DNA of 60,098 nt, the filler included, from Sphacelaria rigidula (taxonomy: Eukaryota), in the NCBI GenBank assembly GCA_964200075.2. It is 7 parts of 7 records of this genome, joined end to end, with 100 filler letters (N's around TTAATTAATTAA, not from the genome) between each part and the next. Parts side by side here need not be neighbours in the genome. Positions count along the whole stretch, not along the records: positions 43,002 to 51,500 come from CAXNAA020010964.1; positions 51,601 to 60,098 come from CAXNAA020010965.1; 5 more parts are not named here. The stretch is one strand, 5' to 3'. The notes under the pieces are model-generated. The model worked only from the letters and a program-made list of their open reading frames with translations. It was not told where the DNA came from and made no database searches. Positions 46,691 through 58,400 of this stretch are shown here, piece after piece (the first letter of the stretch is position 1; each line of letters starts with the position of its first letter). Position numbers and translations under genes: made by a program.

Positions 46691-47830
46691 CGATCTATAG
46701 ATAGATGGTGGTCACAGACGGCGAATCCGGAAGGGGGTAAGATGTGCAAAGATGTTTTGTGCAATGTATGAAATTAACGTAATGAGCGCCCAAATGTTGA
46801 AGGTGTCTACTGGGAGTAGGAACGGTGCATCGCCTCGCAAGGGATGCATCATCAATGGTCAAATACTAAGAAAAGCAACAAATGAGCATCCCCCCGCCCC
46901 CACACACTCCTTCCTCGGGACCAGTCCGCACAGTAGTCCCGAGGGATGAGGGATCAACCAGAAGCCAGCTCTGCCCCGGAAGTGTGCATATACAATACCT
47001 GCCTCACACTTCGTCAAGCACAGACACACATTGGGGACCAGCACTGACTCACTCACTTCCGCACCACATGGAGATCTCGCCCAAGTTTCTTCGCTACCCA
47101 CGGCCTCACGCTTGGACGACGTGAAGCAGATGCTGAATGTGTATTTTTTGTAGTAACCCATGCATATGATACGAGTTGTGATAAAATTTGCATACGGTAG
47201 TAGTTACAAAGTGCCAAGTCTGTCGGTGAATGGCAAAAAGCGACGACTGTCATGGGTGGACGTTCATCATTTTTCATCAAAGTTGTTGCTGTTGTTGTAG
47301 TTCTTGTTGTCTTACATAAAAAACCGTTCCGATATCTGCGCAGTACTCTGTACTGGGCATCTGATGCGGACGCCTTCTCTGGTCAGAGGCCAACTACCCC
47401 AAAATAGCGCAAAATAAGACAAATGAAAAAAAATGGAACCCAGAAAAATTCGCAAAGATACGATACAAAAAATTAGCAAAAGAATAAAAATGATAATGAA
47501 AAGAAGAAGAAAAAGAAAAAGGAAATATGTATATAGATCTATATATCTCTCTCTCTATATATATATATATCGCAAGTTGTGTTTCGTCTGCCGTATTTGG
47601 GACGTTTGTTGCTGTTGGGGAGGAGTACCATGCCTGCTGGGGTTTGGAACCGGTAACCTCGCCCTAGCCGCCTGTTGCTGTACCATTTTAACTTAGATCA
47701 CCGGGACGCACGCGGTGGCATATTGAAGTATGGAAAAGGCGAGGGTTGCATGACGTTGCGGTGGGTATTTATTTTTCGTTTGAGGGGGGGGGGTTGAGAA
47801 ATGGACGTATCTACGAATAGGGTCTCTCAC

Positions 47831-47960
47831 CAGCTGCACGATCTCCTGATCGCTCATGGCTCCCATCGCCCTTAGGATGATGACGATGGGGACGTCGTCG
47901 CCTAGGCTGTTGTGCTTCATGTATACCTTCCCGTTCTTGACGTGGATGTTGCACCGAGAT
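47831..47960 (-). CDS. RPC2: RNA polymerase III second-largest subunit, internal exon
   Basis: SRCNIHVKNGKVYMKHNSLGDDVPIVIILRAMGAMSDQEIVQL matches POLR3B (Y.KHN....PIVII..AMG..SDQEIVQ); pyrimidine tract with TAG acceptor and CTG|GTGAGA donor. Confidence 0.95.
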
Positions 47961-48234
47961 CTAACCACAGGAGAGAAAGCGACCACGACAGACAGACGAA
48001 GAGAGGGATGGTGACAGACAACAGACGTACATGAAACACAAGACACAGAAGAGAGACAGATAGACATATAGATGCAGAGAAAGGGAGGCAAAGAGGCAGA
48101 GACGTGACCACCCACCCAGTTGCACCATGCACGATCAAACCGAATGGAACTGCAGAAAAATGCAGACACACGGGCACGGGAATTTCAAATATCGGGGTAG
48201 GTCGGTGAAGCATGAACCTGGAGGGTGTACCTTC

Positions 48235-48785
48235 CACACCTGGACAAAAATATGTGGTCGATAGTTGTGTGTTGTGTTGTCGTCCCATCTATTCTGGACG
48301 CCGATCTACACCTTTAGGTATATATGGGCGCACCAGCCGGGGTCACACAGGAGGAAGGTCAACGCAGGAGTTTTTCTTTTTTGTTTGTTTTTGTACTTTA
48401 CGTTCCTTCTGCGGTGCTTACCTTTACTTTTTATCGCGAGAGGGATTCAGCAGTCCCTTTCCCTCGTCGACGGTTGAGTCGAATTTTGTGTACCCACGAC
48501 ATAGTCGCTCTCCACTCTTGGGGATGGTGTGAGAAAAAATCCCAGATGGCTCCGAGATTTGAACCCACGACCGAACCGTCAGACGGTTTCGAGGTTACCA
48601 ACTGAGCCCCCGGGGCGACCGACTAAATAGTAGTTGCAATAGAAAAAACGTACTGCGGAAGAATGTAGGCCTATTGCAACTCTTGTGGGATCGATAATAG
48701 TTGCAATAGGCCTATTTTTTACGCAGTATAATTATTTTCGATTGCAACTATTGACCATCAAGTTATTGTCATTATCCAGGGTGTG
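48235..48785. mobile_element. Small TIR element (CACACC(C)TGGA ends) hosting a SINE
   Basis: CACACCTGGA ... TCCAGGGTGTG; internal inverted TAGTTGCAATAG motifs; no TSD identified. Confidence 0.5.
48264..48623 (-). mobile_element. tRNA-derived SINE, full length
   Basis: Minus strand has A box GGCTCAGTTGG and B box GGTTCAAATCTC, conserved body and CAA/CA tail. Confidence 0.88.
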
Positions 48786-48810
48786 AAAGAAAAAAAAAAA
48801 ACCTCATACT

Positions 48811-49105
48811 GTGTTGTTGTTGTTGTTGTTGTGTGTTGTTGTCTCACCTATTCTCGACGCCTGTTTACATCTTTCATATTTCGGTATATGTGGGCGCACC
48901 AGCCGGGGTCACACTAGAGAAAGGCCGACAGGAGAGTTTTTCTTCTCTTTTGTTTGTTTCATTCTCCACCTCCCTTCTGCGGTGCTTGCCTTTATTTTTC
49001 ATCGCGAGAAGGGTTCAGCAGTTCATTTCCCTCGTCGATCATTGAGTCGATTCTTGTGCACCCACGACATAGTCGCTCTCCACTGTTGGACATCGTGAGA
49101 GAAAA
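48811..49105 (-). mobile_element. 5'-truncated SINE with (CAA)n tail
   Basis: Body colinear with 48264-48540. Confidence 0.85.
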
Positions 49106-49158
49106 ACTGTAGGCAACCATGATATGATTATCACCGAGTAACAAAACAGTTACGATTG

Positions 49159-49160
<2 letters not shown>

Positions 49161-49218
<58 letters not shown>
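49161..49218. repeat. (GT)n microsatellite
   Basis: Perfect GT run; others at 10741-10777, 50009-50040 and 59264-59285. Confidence 0.95.
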
Positions 49219-49222
<4 letters not shown>

Positions 49223-49283
49223 CTGCGCGTTTGCTCTTCAACCATGATTTTTTTCAGGAAACCAAAAATTCACAAAATCAATA

Positions 49284-49896
49284 CAAGCTGGGACAGCAGT
49301 GAATCCCACATTCGCGTTCCACACCACAACTTCTCAAGTTTTTCAAATCAGCGCGACTTAAGAATATCGCTGTGAACTACAGACCAACCTGGTAAAACAC
49401 GGCACCGCCGCCGAATGAAGAAAAAAAATGAAAACAAAATGTACTGCATAATATAATACTTAAACGACGAAACGAAAAACAAAGAGATTTTGTCGGGATT
49501 CGAAGTCATGACCTCCATAAGTGGAGTCTCCTGTATCACTTGGATTTAAGGGACGCCGCCGTGTCACACGAAGAGTGCGATGCGGCGCCCAATTGGAGGT
49601 ATATTTGGCCGAAACTTCACTAGGATGTCCTGGACGCGAGTGCCCATAACATTGCTCGGGGTGCAGTCATAGTTATATTTTTTTCACGGAGTTATAGCAT
49701 TCTTCCTGTTTTTGCGGAAACTTTCAACTCGTTTTAATTTCCCGAGTTTTTTTTTCTTCTGCACCCCCAAAAATGTTGCGCTGGTTAATGATAAAAATGC
49801 CGCGTCAAACTTTCAGCGCCCAACTTTTTGAATCTTCGAATTACCAATCGCATCGCCGGGATTCATTCAAAAATCACCGTCAGCTGGCCCTGCTCG
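49284..49896. mobile_element. Tc1/mariner-type MITE (CGAGCTGGGCCAGC family)
   Basis: TA|CAAGCTGGGACAGC ... GCTGGCCCTGCTCG|TA; colinear with 34622-35215. Confidence 0.85.
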
Positions 49897-50003
49897 TAGT
49901 TTCATAAAATCACAAAAATCATTTGTCTACTAATTGGCATGATTCTTGCTTATCAGGCAGCGCATAACATCGTTTCACTGTGAAGGCTGTTGAGATCATC
50001 ACT

Positions 50004-50041
<38 letters not shown>

Positions 50042-50091
50042 CAGACCTCGAGTACTGTGGTCACGAACGTTCGCATTGACACGCGTATGAA

Positions 50092-50247
50092 ACTCAGTGG
50101 AAGATGACTATAGTCGGGCAGTCAAGACGAGAAAAAATAAAACAAAACAAAAAACTGATCGAGACTTAGTGGAAGATGACTGCAGTCGGGCAGTCAAGAC
50201 GAGAAAAAAAAAAAAAAATGAAAAACTGATCGAAGATGACTGTAGTC
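50092..50247 (+). repeat. ~72-bp tandem duplication with A-rich tract
   Basis: AGTGGAAGATGACT..AGTCGGGCAGTCAAGACGAGAAAAA...AAAAACTGATCGA twice plus a partial third copy. Confidence 0.85.
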
Positions 50248-50769
50248 TGCAGTAGTTATTATAACAAACGTATTCATCATAATATGTGCTAACAATAAAA
50301 GTAAGGTAGGATACTTTCGGCAACTTGCCGTCGACTCTTCCATTTCCCGATCGGAAAAGCGGACGAAATGACAGTTTCATAACAGAAGCACTTTGGGAAT
50401 ACCACACCCATCTCAACGCGTTGCAACCATGATTACCCCGGGGAGCAGCAAGATTACACTTGGTGTATGCAGAGTGTGCAGTGCGGGCGCTGTGCGTGCA
50501 GTGAGGGGCTGACCGAGCGTCGGACAAACAGCAGTGCTCGTTTCGGGCGATAACCACTTTCCTATAGGAAACGGAAACGTACGTCGCAATGGAACACAAA
50601 ACCGTGCAACTTTTCATATAAAAATATACCATATATGTCTTCGTCACAGTAGACCTTACGAACTGTACGTAAACAATGGTTGGTACTCGATTTTACTTGA
50701 TTCCAGACTCAAGAAAGTTCTGAAAAAAATCATGGTCTGGGGCAGGTGAGCAGTGGAGAGCAGTAGACC

Positions 50770-51400
50770 CCGTCCAGAACGTGTTTTGGTTCAAACTCAG
50801 CTGAAAGGCGCCGATTTGAGCTCTGGCAACGCACACTTGACCTAGGGAATACCTTGCATCCCTCTTGCCCGTGGGCTCTCGGTATGCCTTGGTCGGGGTT
50901 AGGGCCTGTCTTAACGAAGGGGATAATCCCCTTTTCCAAAATCCCCTTTTTGAAAAACGACCGCTGATTGGTCGCTGCGATACCACCCCCCCCAAAAAAA
51001 TCCCCTCAATGTGCACAGAAATCCCCTTTTCAAAAGGGGATTTTTGGGCACCTCGAACGGGAACATACGTGTCCGGTTGACAGGGGCACATGCAAAGGCT
51101 CACCACACAGCCCAACACAATCAGAGCTGAACCTGAGGAACTTGGTGGCCCCGCAAGCCAAAAACACACAAGTCGAGCCCTAGCCGCTCATCAGCTGTAC
51201 ACGTTGTGCGTGACCTTGCTCAAATCTGTTCAGGATTCATTGATGAATGATGAATTGTGTGAGACGCGCGCGCAGCACATGCTCACCAAAGGGTCAGCAA
51301 CGACACGTTTTCGGTTGTTCTTGACACGCATGAGGCCGCCATTCGTCCAACACAGAACGGATTTCTTCCAAACAAAGACTGTCGTGTGAAGATTAGCAAG
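50770..51400 (+). mobile_element. Repeat family B
   Basis: Matches 2190-2700 (reverse strand) and 24400-24550 (CTTGCCCG.GGG.TCTCGGTATGCCTTGG...GGGTTAGGG). Confidence 0.75.
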
Positions 51401-51500
51401 GGCTAGCAGTGAAACTAATGCGCGTGAGTGGTGGGTGTATGTGCGTGTTTTGGGGGGGCTGGGTGTGTAGATGCTGTGTTGCCTTGTTGTGTCTTGTCTG

Positions 51501-51600
51501 NNNNNNNNNNNNNNNNNNNNNNNNNNNNNNNNNNNNNNNNNNNNTTAATTAATTAANNNNNNNNNNNNNNNNNNNNNNNNNNNNNNNNNNNNNNNNNNNN
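51501..51600. other. Artificial contig linker
   Basis: N44-TTAATTAATTAA-N44. Confidence 0.99.
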
Positions 51601-52317
51601 GGCGGGCGCAACTTTCCCCCGTTTTTGTTTTTTTTTTTTTTGAGGGGGGGTGTCCCCCCCCCCCCCCCCCCCCGCTTCAGCGGTGGCGTGCATCTCGAAG
51701 ATTTGCCTAACTTGTATGGCGGTGCGCCAGTTATTTTCACGAAAAAAGGACAACAAAAGCAAACGAACCCACAAAAGGGGGGCTTATTACAAAACGCCTG
51801 TTTTTCGACAAGAGCTCATTCGTTTACTCTGCACAGTGAGAGAGTGTCATCCGAGAGCGCAACACGCCTCCTATCGAACATGAAAGGTTACGCGTATTAC
51901 ATCGAATTGAAAATGGTGGAAGGAAATTGCGCAACCTTTCCCCGTATATTTTCGGTTGGGGTGTTGGGATCGGTCATCTCGCCGATGGTTGTGGATCGAG
52001 GCTGCCTTGTCCTTTCCGGCTTGTGCCCTGAGTCACAGGGTCGCCGTAAGCATCTTGTTTTCCTGATGCCTCACATTGTGCGGATGAGCGCCGATGCGTT
52101 CATGGGGTCCCACCGGCAGGCTAAGTCGCTCCGTCATCTCCTGTGCACACAAACTGTGAAAAGTTTGTTGTCCTTGGCGCCGGTTGTATACACGCTGTCC
52201 TCTCCTGTACGTGGTTTTTCGGGTGTGTGCACTGCGTTGTGGCTGCCGTGGCGGTCTATGCTCACGTCCGTGCTTTACCTGCCATGCCTGCGGTTTGCTT
52301 GTTGCTTGTGAAAGCAG

Positions 52318-52465
52318 ACCCCATGTACGAGGATCCACGAACAGAAGTAAGACGGCTGCTGGACAAGTACCACTTCAACCACTACAAGGTATACAACTTC
52401 GCCAGCGAGTTGACACAGATGAGCCCGCCGACAGGAGAACAAAAGGTCGACGGTAGGACGGAGAG
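52318..52465 (+). CDS. PTEN: PTEN-like exon (phosphatase domain, HYKVYN)
   Basis: PMYEDPRTEVRRLLDKYHFNHYKVYNFASE...; CAG| acceptor and AG|GTGAGA donor. Confidence 0.9.
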
Positions 52466-55400
52466 GTGAGAGCAAAACAGGCGCTCATGACGCAGTCCTC
52501 CCCTAACCCTGATCGAGAATTCCTCAAGTACCCGCATCCTTGGCCATGTACAGTTTGCACATACATATGTTGGGTTTCCAGGCGACATGTTCCAAGAAGG
52601 CCACTCAACCCCATGCTCAAGCACGTACACTACTTCCACGAGGCGTGTGTGTGTTCAAATACAAGCAACAAGACTACTCCCCCACTACTGTCGTGCTCTT
52701 GAGCGATACTTTGCTTTTGTAGCTCGTTCTCTCTCAGCATTTCATGGTGGTTGGTCTGACAAGGATCATGACGGCATCGCATTACGTGGGGGGTGTACTC
52801 ATGGTACTGTATGCCCTAACCATGAGACCAGTGGCTTCGCATCCGTACAAAGCCGGGACCGAGTACGCCGGGTTTTCGCCAGACCAGACCCGCAATCAGT
52901 TACCAAGCGCGAAGTGCCCTGGTGTGTTGGGCGATTCGCATGAGCGGTGAGCTGCATCCTGCTCAGATTGTGCGGCCCCAAGCGTACTAACTATCTTGCA
53001 TATGGATGACAGCCTCCAATGATTTACTTCATTTTCTGGTATCGCCACTTCCAGAGACCATGGTCACGGGTTACACACTGCCTCATGAATGTCTCACCAC
53101 TCGAACACTGCGTAATATGACCATCCCCTTTTATGCGGAGTTGAGGTTCTCCACCCCGGACACGCTATTTCCATCATCATTATGGTTGCCGCAGTAAAAC
53201 GCAAGCCACCCCTCCCCCCTTGATAGCCTGGTTGCCTGGTGTACGCAATCAGGGGCACGCCATACAGCGTCATCGCCAACCAGTGCCAACCCGTGAAAAG
53301 GAGGGTGAAATTCAAGGCGAGACATCAACTGCCCGTCTCGTTTGGTGTTTGATGTGTGTCGTGACAGATATCCTTTTACTGACGACACTTGTCCCCCGCT
53401 CGAGTCTGTCGTGGATTTCTGCGAGAACGCAAAGGCGTGGCTGGATCATGACCCGCAAAATGTGGTTTCGCTTCACTGTAAGGCCGGGAAGGGGCGGGCG
53501 GGCATCATGGCAGCGTGCTTGATGGTGAGGATGGGGGAGACGGCGGACGAGGCTGTGGCAAAATATGATGCGGTAAGAGCGAGCGGGGGGAACAGGTTGA
53601 TAGACGTTAGGAGGGAAGGGGGGGGGTGCTGCAGTGCGGTCGAGGGAAGATGATACTCTTGTCCATCTTGGGATGGTGCGACTGCTCTCACAGATTGAAT
53701 GAAGCCTTTTAGTCGGTGCCTGATGCCAATATTGCCGGATAGCGTGCGAGTTGAGTCCGTTGAGCATGTCCTTGGTCGATTTAGCGGGTGCGGTGCGACT
53801 GGTTGCGCGGCACCAACAGTTGGCACGCCTTCATCTCCTTCATATTTGAACTGCCAAAAGTCCCCGTCGCTTACCCGTTTTGACTTGAAGAGAATGTACA
53901 TAACAAGTTTAGTCGGTCGGGACTTGGGGTTGGGACCGCGTGTAGTCGTCGCTGTGCTGTTGCCATGTTGATGAGTGGGAAACAAAATCGCGCGCTGAAT
54001 TCCAATCTGGACTGCAATTGGGACAACATTGGTGAAGGACGCGAAAACTGAACGAGTCATCCGGTCTTGCTCACGCTGTTTTCCACCCGTAAAGCACTGT
54101 CTGAAGGGCCGTTGCCTTCCAATTGTCCCTCGTATGGTAGCATATGGTATGGTCGTGCGCTGATGATCTTCTTGTCCTTCGTTTGGGCCTCCCATCCTTG
54201 TTTCTTGTTGTTATCGCCGCCTGGCTTCTCTTCCGTTCCTCGGGAAAACAGACCCAAGGCTCTGATCTCCGGGGACAGACGGCAATGAGCCAAAGGGCCT
54301 GGGTTTTCCTGTACGAGAGGCTTATTCGAGAGGTGAGGCTCGACAAGAGACTCAAGATGAGCGGTGGAATGGAAATATCGGACGAGGCGGCAAACAAGAG
54401 TTGCTCTCCTCACTGTTGACTGAGGGAGATTCGGAGGCATTTTTTGCGCGCACCTTCTTAGCCTAGATATGTACATCCACATGACCCTAGACATGACCGT
54501 ATACATCTGCATCCGTCTACACTAGCAGAAAGTGGTGTTGATGCAAAAGCTATTCTAGGGTATCAATCTTGTCAAAATGCTGTACTATATCACTTCTTGA
54601 ATAGTAAAAACTCACTTTTTTGAAGGAGTCGACTTTACCCCCCGACGTTTACTTTCCTCGCGTTTGTTGGTTTGTCATGGCGGTGATCAGGTGTGGGGTC
54701 TGCGGGACACGATTGGGACAGTGTCTGGGCGAAATCCCAGTCTCAGGGCACCGCCAAGGTTATCAACCATCCTGCGGGAGGTGTCGCTCGAGTTTCAGTC
54801 GGCCCCGCGACGGAGTCGATTTAGACCCGTCCTGGTGAGTTTCCAACGATCCGCAGTTGAGGATAGCTCTGAAAAGTTTTCATGGCGGGAGAAAGGCGAG
54901 AGAATCTGCCTTGCCGATACGCCTGGGGTTGTTGATGAAGTTTAGAGATGTATTCGAAATGAAGTGAGGTAGCATAATTACAATGATGACGAGATACACG
55001 AGGAGGTGTTTTTGAAGCTGTGGGCGAGAGCGCAAGCTCGTGACTTCTTCATGTACCAGATGCAGTCGCAACCACCCACCTCCCTTGTCTCCCACCTGTG
55101 AACCATCTCTCCCCTCCCTCTTGCTTCCCACCCTTGTGTGTGTTTTCGTCAAAATATCTGTGACCGCCGGAGTGTAGTACAATCCTTCTTGCGCTGTGTA
55201 CCAGCAAACGCCGGCGGGAAAGGCGATGGTGCATCGAGCGAAGATGCCAACGGTGCAGTCGGGCAAGAGGAGGCACGCGGCCCATGTCTTCGCGGCTGAG
55301 CTTCCCCGTAGTGTTGTCGTTGAGGGAACCTTTCAGGTGCGACACGCGCGGAGGGGCCATATCGTCACGCTCTCGGCAAAAAGAAAAATCGTCAACGTGT

Positions 55401-58400
55401 CCCGGTTTGTTCCCGACGAAACACGGACACCAAATCGTCCTGTCTCAGCCCCTGAATGTACCTTGCCATTCATTGGCGATACAGTAGACTAGAGGAGTAA
55501 ACACCAAGCGCCTCTCACGGCGTCAAACCCTTGGATTTCCTCCATTAGCGAACGTCGCCCCCCACCCCCTCCATGAGGCAGTGTAAAAGCCGTGGTTGTC
55601 TCTTGAAGTGGGGATACCACAGAATCAGTAGGCTGTCATCCAAACGCAATATAATCAGTAGGCTTCGGGCCGAACAATCATAGCAGGATGCAGCTCACCC
55701 TTCATGCGACTCGCTGAACACACCACGGCGCTTCGCCCCTGGTGGCTCGAGTGCAAACCTAGTCCGGCGAAAACCCGGCGTTCTCCGTCCCGATATTGTA
55801 GGGATGCGAGGTCAATGGTCTGGTTATGACTCTGGCATGCATGATGATGAGTACACCCACCCCCTCCAACAAAAATGCAACAGTGAACGCCCTTGAGATT
55901 ACCGATCAAACTGTACGCCTTCTCGCGTGCTTGACGGTTGGCCTGTGATATGACAGGTGGTTGTTTCCGCTGCCACAGGGGTGTTCGGGGTGGGGAAAAA
56001 TGTGCTGGATGTGTGGTGCAACACAACCTTTTTGGATGAAGACGGTAAGCTGTTCTCCACTACCCTTGTATTCCCATGTAGCAGGACTTTTCGACAAAAC
56101 AGTATTGCATCCTAAGAGGCGGGCGAAGGGCTACGCACGTCGAGAGGACAGAGTGGCCTGGGAGGTGGGGAGAGGGGGCGGAGGGGTACCTGCCAGCAAA
56201 CATTTCGTCATCTTCACTATTGTACAGTGTATTTCTAAGATTTGGATATTCATATTAAAGCGCACGCCCTAGAGTATCCAGGGTATGTGCTCGACTGAGA
56301 TTCCACATGTGCCGTCCGTGTAGTCGTATATTTCAACCGAAACAATCGTTCGGTTACAGTATTCGGTCTGCCTTCCCTCGCTCTCGCCTCACGCCAACCG
56401 CTGTTATGTTCCCAGGCGGCCAAGAAATTTTCAATTTCACGGCGAACGACCTGCCACGGGGACCGCTAGCAACACGTCTTTTAGCAGCGGGGGTACGCGT
56501 CGTGCTCACGCACACGCCGCCGGATGCTGCAAGCCCCGTGCCCCGCCGCTCGAAGTCCGAGTCTCACGCCGTGGGGCTTTTTTCATCCTCTGCCGCCTCC
56601 GCAGCAGCCGCAGCCGCAGCCGCAGCCACCCGAGGACGAGAATCATCTCTGCTCTCGACCTCGAACCGAACGAATCCAGGGGAGTTGGCCATAGCTGAGG
56701 TTGATGACGGGGACGAAATAGAGACGCCAGACACCGAGGAGGACGAAGAACTGCCTAGCGATGATGCGGCGGAGGCTGCCGATGAATCTCGCGGGGGTGC
56801 TCTAGGTGTTGGGGGCGATGGAAGCGACGGTAGCGCCGACGGTAGTAGCAGACGACTGACTCAACTCGGAGATGTTGCTCCTGTCGCGAGCACTGTAAGG
56901 CCCGGCCTTGATCGCTTGCAGGTGCTGGCCTTGGCTTTGAACGAAGTGATGGGGAGCAACGATGCTGCTGCTGCCGAAGCCGCCGCCGCCGCCGTCGCCG
57001 CAAGCAGACCCGATGAGGCACCACCGCGAGCCCAGATGCCGGAGAAGTTTCCAGACTCGGCTCGGGGATCTCTGGTCCGCTTGGGATCCATGAATTCGGC
57101 CGGCGATGGCTGTACCAACATGACCCCGACGATTTTAGATGGTCGGCCGTCTCCGCTTCGGTCTTGCCCACGTGCCGCCGTATCCCGCTCCGACAGCTTT
57201 TTCGGTGAGTTGACGGATGACAAGGCGAAGCCCGGGGCCCTTCCCCTGCGTTCGGGCTCCTTGATTTGGGGGCCGGGGGCGTCTACGTCCACCGAGTCGA
57301 TGACACCCATGATAGTTTCAACGGAGAGGCCACCACGAGGAGGTTTCCCGCCGCTCTCTGCCAACAAGACAAGCGAAAGTAGAGGCCATGTATCAGGATC
57401 GCGGTCAGCGTCGGGAGGGATGTTCGGAATCAACTCCAACGTAGCGCCGCCACCACATTCTCGGAGTATTTCGTGGGATGTGCATCAGACACCACCCCCG
57501 CTCCCACCCCCCCTTCTGAATGCAGCCATCTTGAATAGATCTTCCACTGCGCAGCAGCAGCCGCGGCAACGAACACCCGTAAGTAATGGTACTGGCCTGG
57601 GTGGTGACGTTGACGGTTCAAAAAGGAGCTCAAATATCAACCGCGGTGATGGATTGGAGGAGCGGAAACCATGGGCGTCGTTGACCATCCCAGCGTCTAC
57701 AACCGGGGATTCTGCCGTGGCCGGACCGGGCGCATTTGGTGCACGCACGTCGAGGTCGTCTATGCTGTGTTGGAACGCCGTCGACGATGACGACGACAAG
57801 GTGAGTTTCGCCGACCCCGATGGACGAGCATACGATGACCATGACCACCATCACCTCGCCGACGCAAGCTCCCCCAGCAGCACCAGCGATCCCGCAGACG
57901 TTTCTCTGTCGACCTGTCTGCCGCTTCCGAGACCCTCTCCTGCCGTCCGAAAACTGCTGGAATCTGCTGCAGAGCGATCGTTTGAGGATCCGCCTTCCTG
58001 CCGGCAACGGGCGGGGAGTCCGTTTTCCGACGGGGTCGATACAGAGCGGTCCGGCGGCGGTGACGGGTCATCTTTCTCGGACACGGACGACGAGAAGGCA
58101 TCTCGGGTAGCGCGCGCGCTCGCGGGGTGGGTAGAGAGTGGGATGGGCCCGCGGTCACCGATGCCGAGGGCAGCGACGCCGACGCTGGAGGTGCCCGTCC
58201 CAACTCGGCGGCTTATCGTGCGACGAAGCGAAGGCGGGGAAACGAACATGTCTTCGGGAAGGTACATCGAGATGGAGGGTCAGTTGTTGGCGCAAATTCC
58301 GCCGCTGAAGCAACGCGTGTGGCCGCCAACGAGACCTGTGGTTGCAGGGGAGATGGAGGTTCACGAGGCGCTTGGTCCTCGCGACCATGTAATGGCGTCC

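Noticed and set aside
51625-52311. 228-aa ORF as the PTEN N-terminus
   Set aside because: It lacks the expected DLDLTYI..IIAM-like motif and starts in homopolymer runs; treated as intron.
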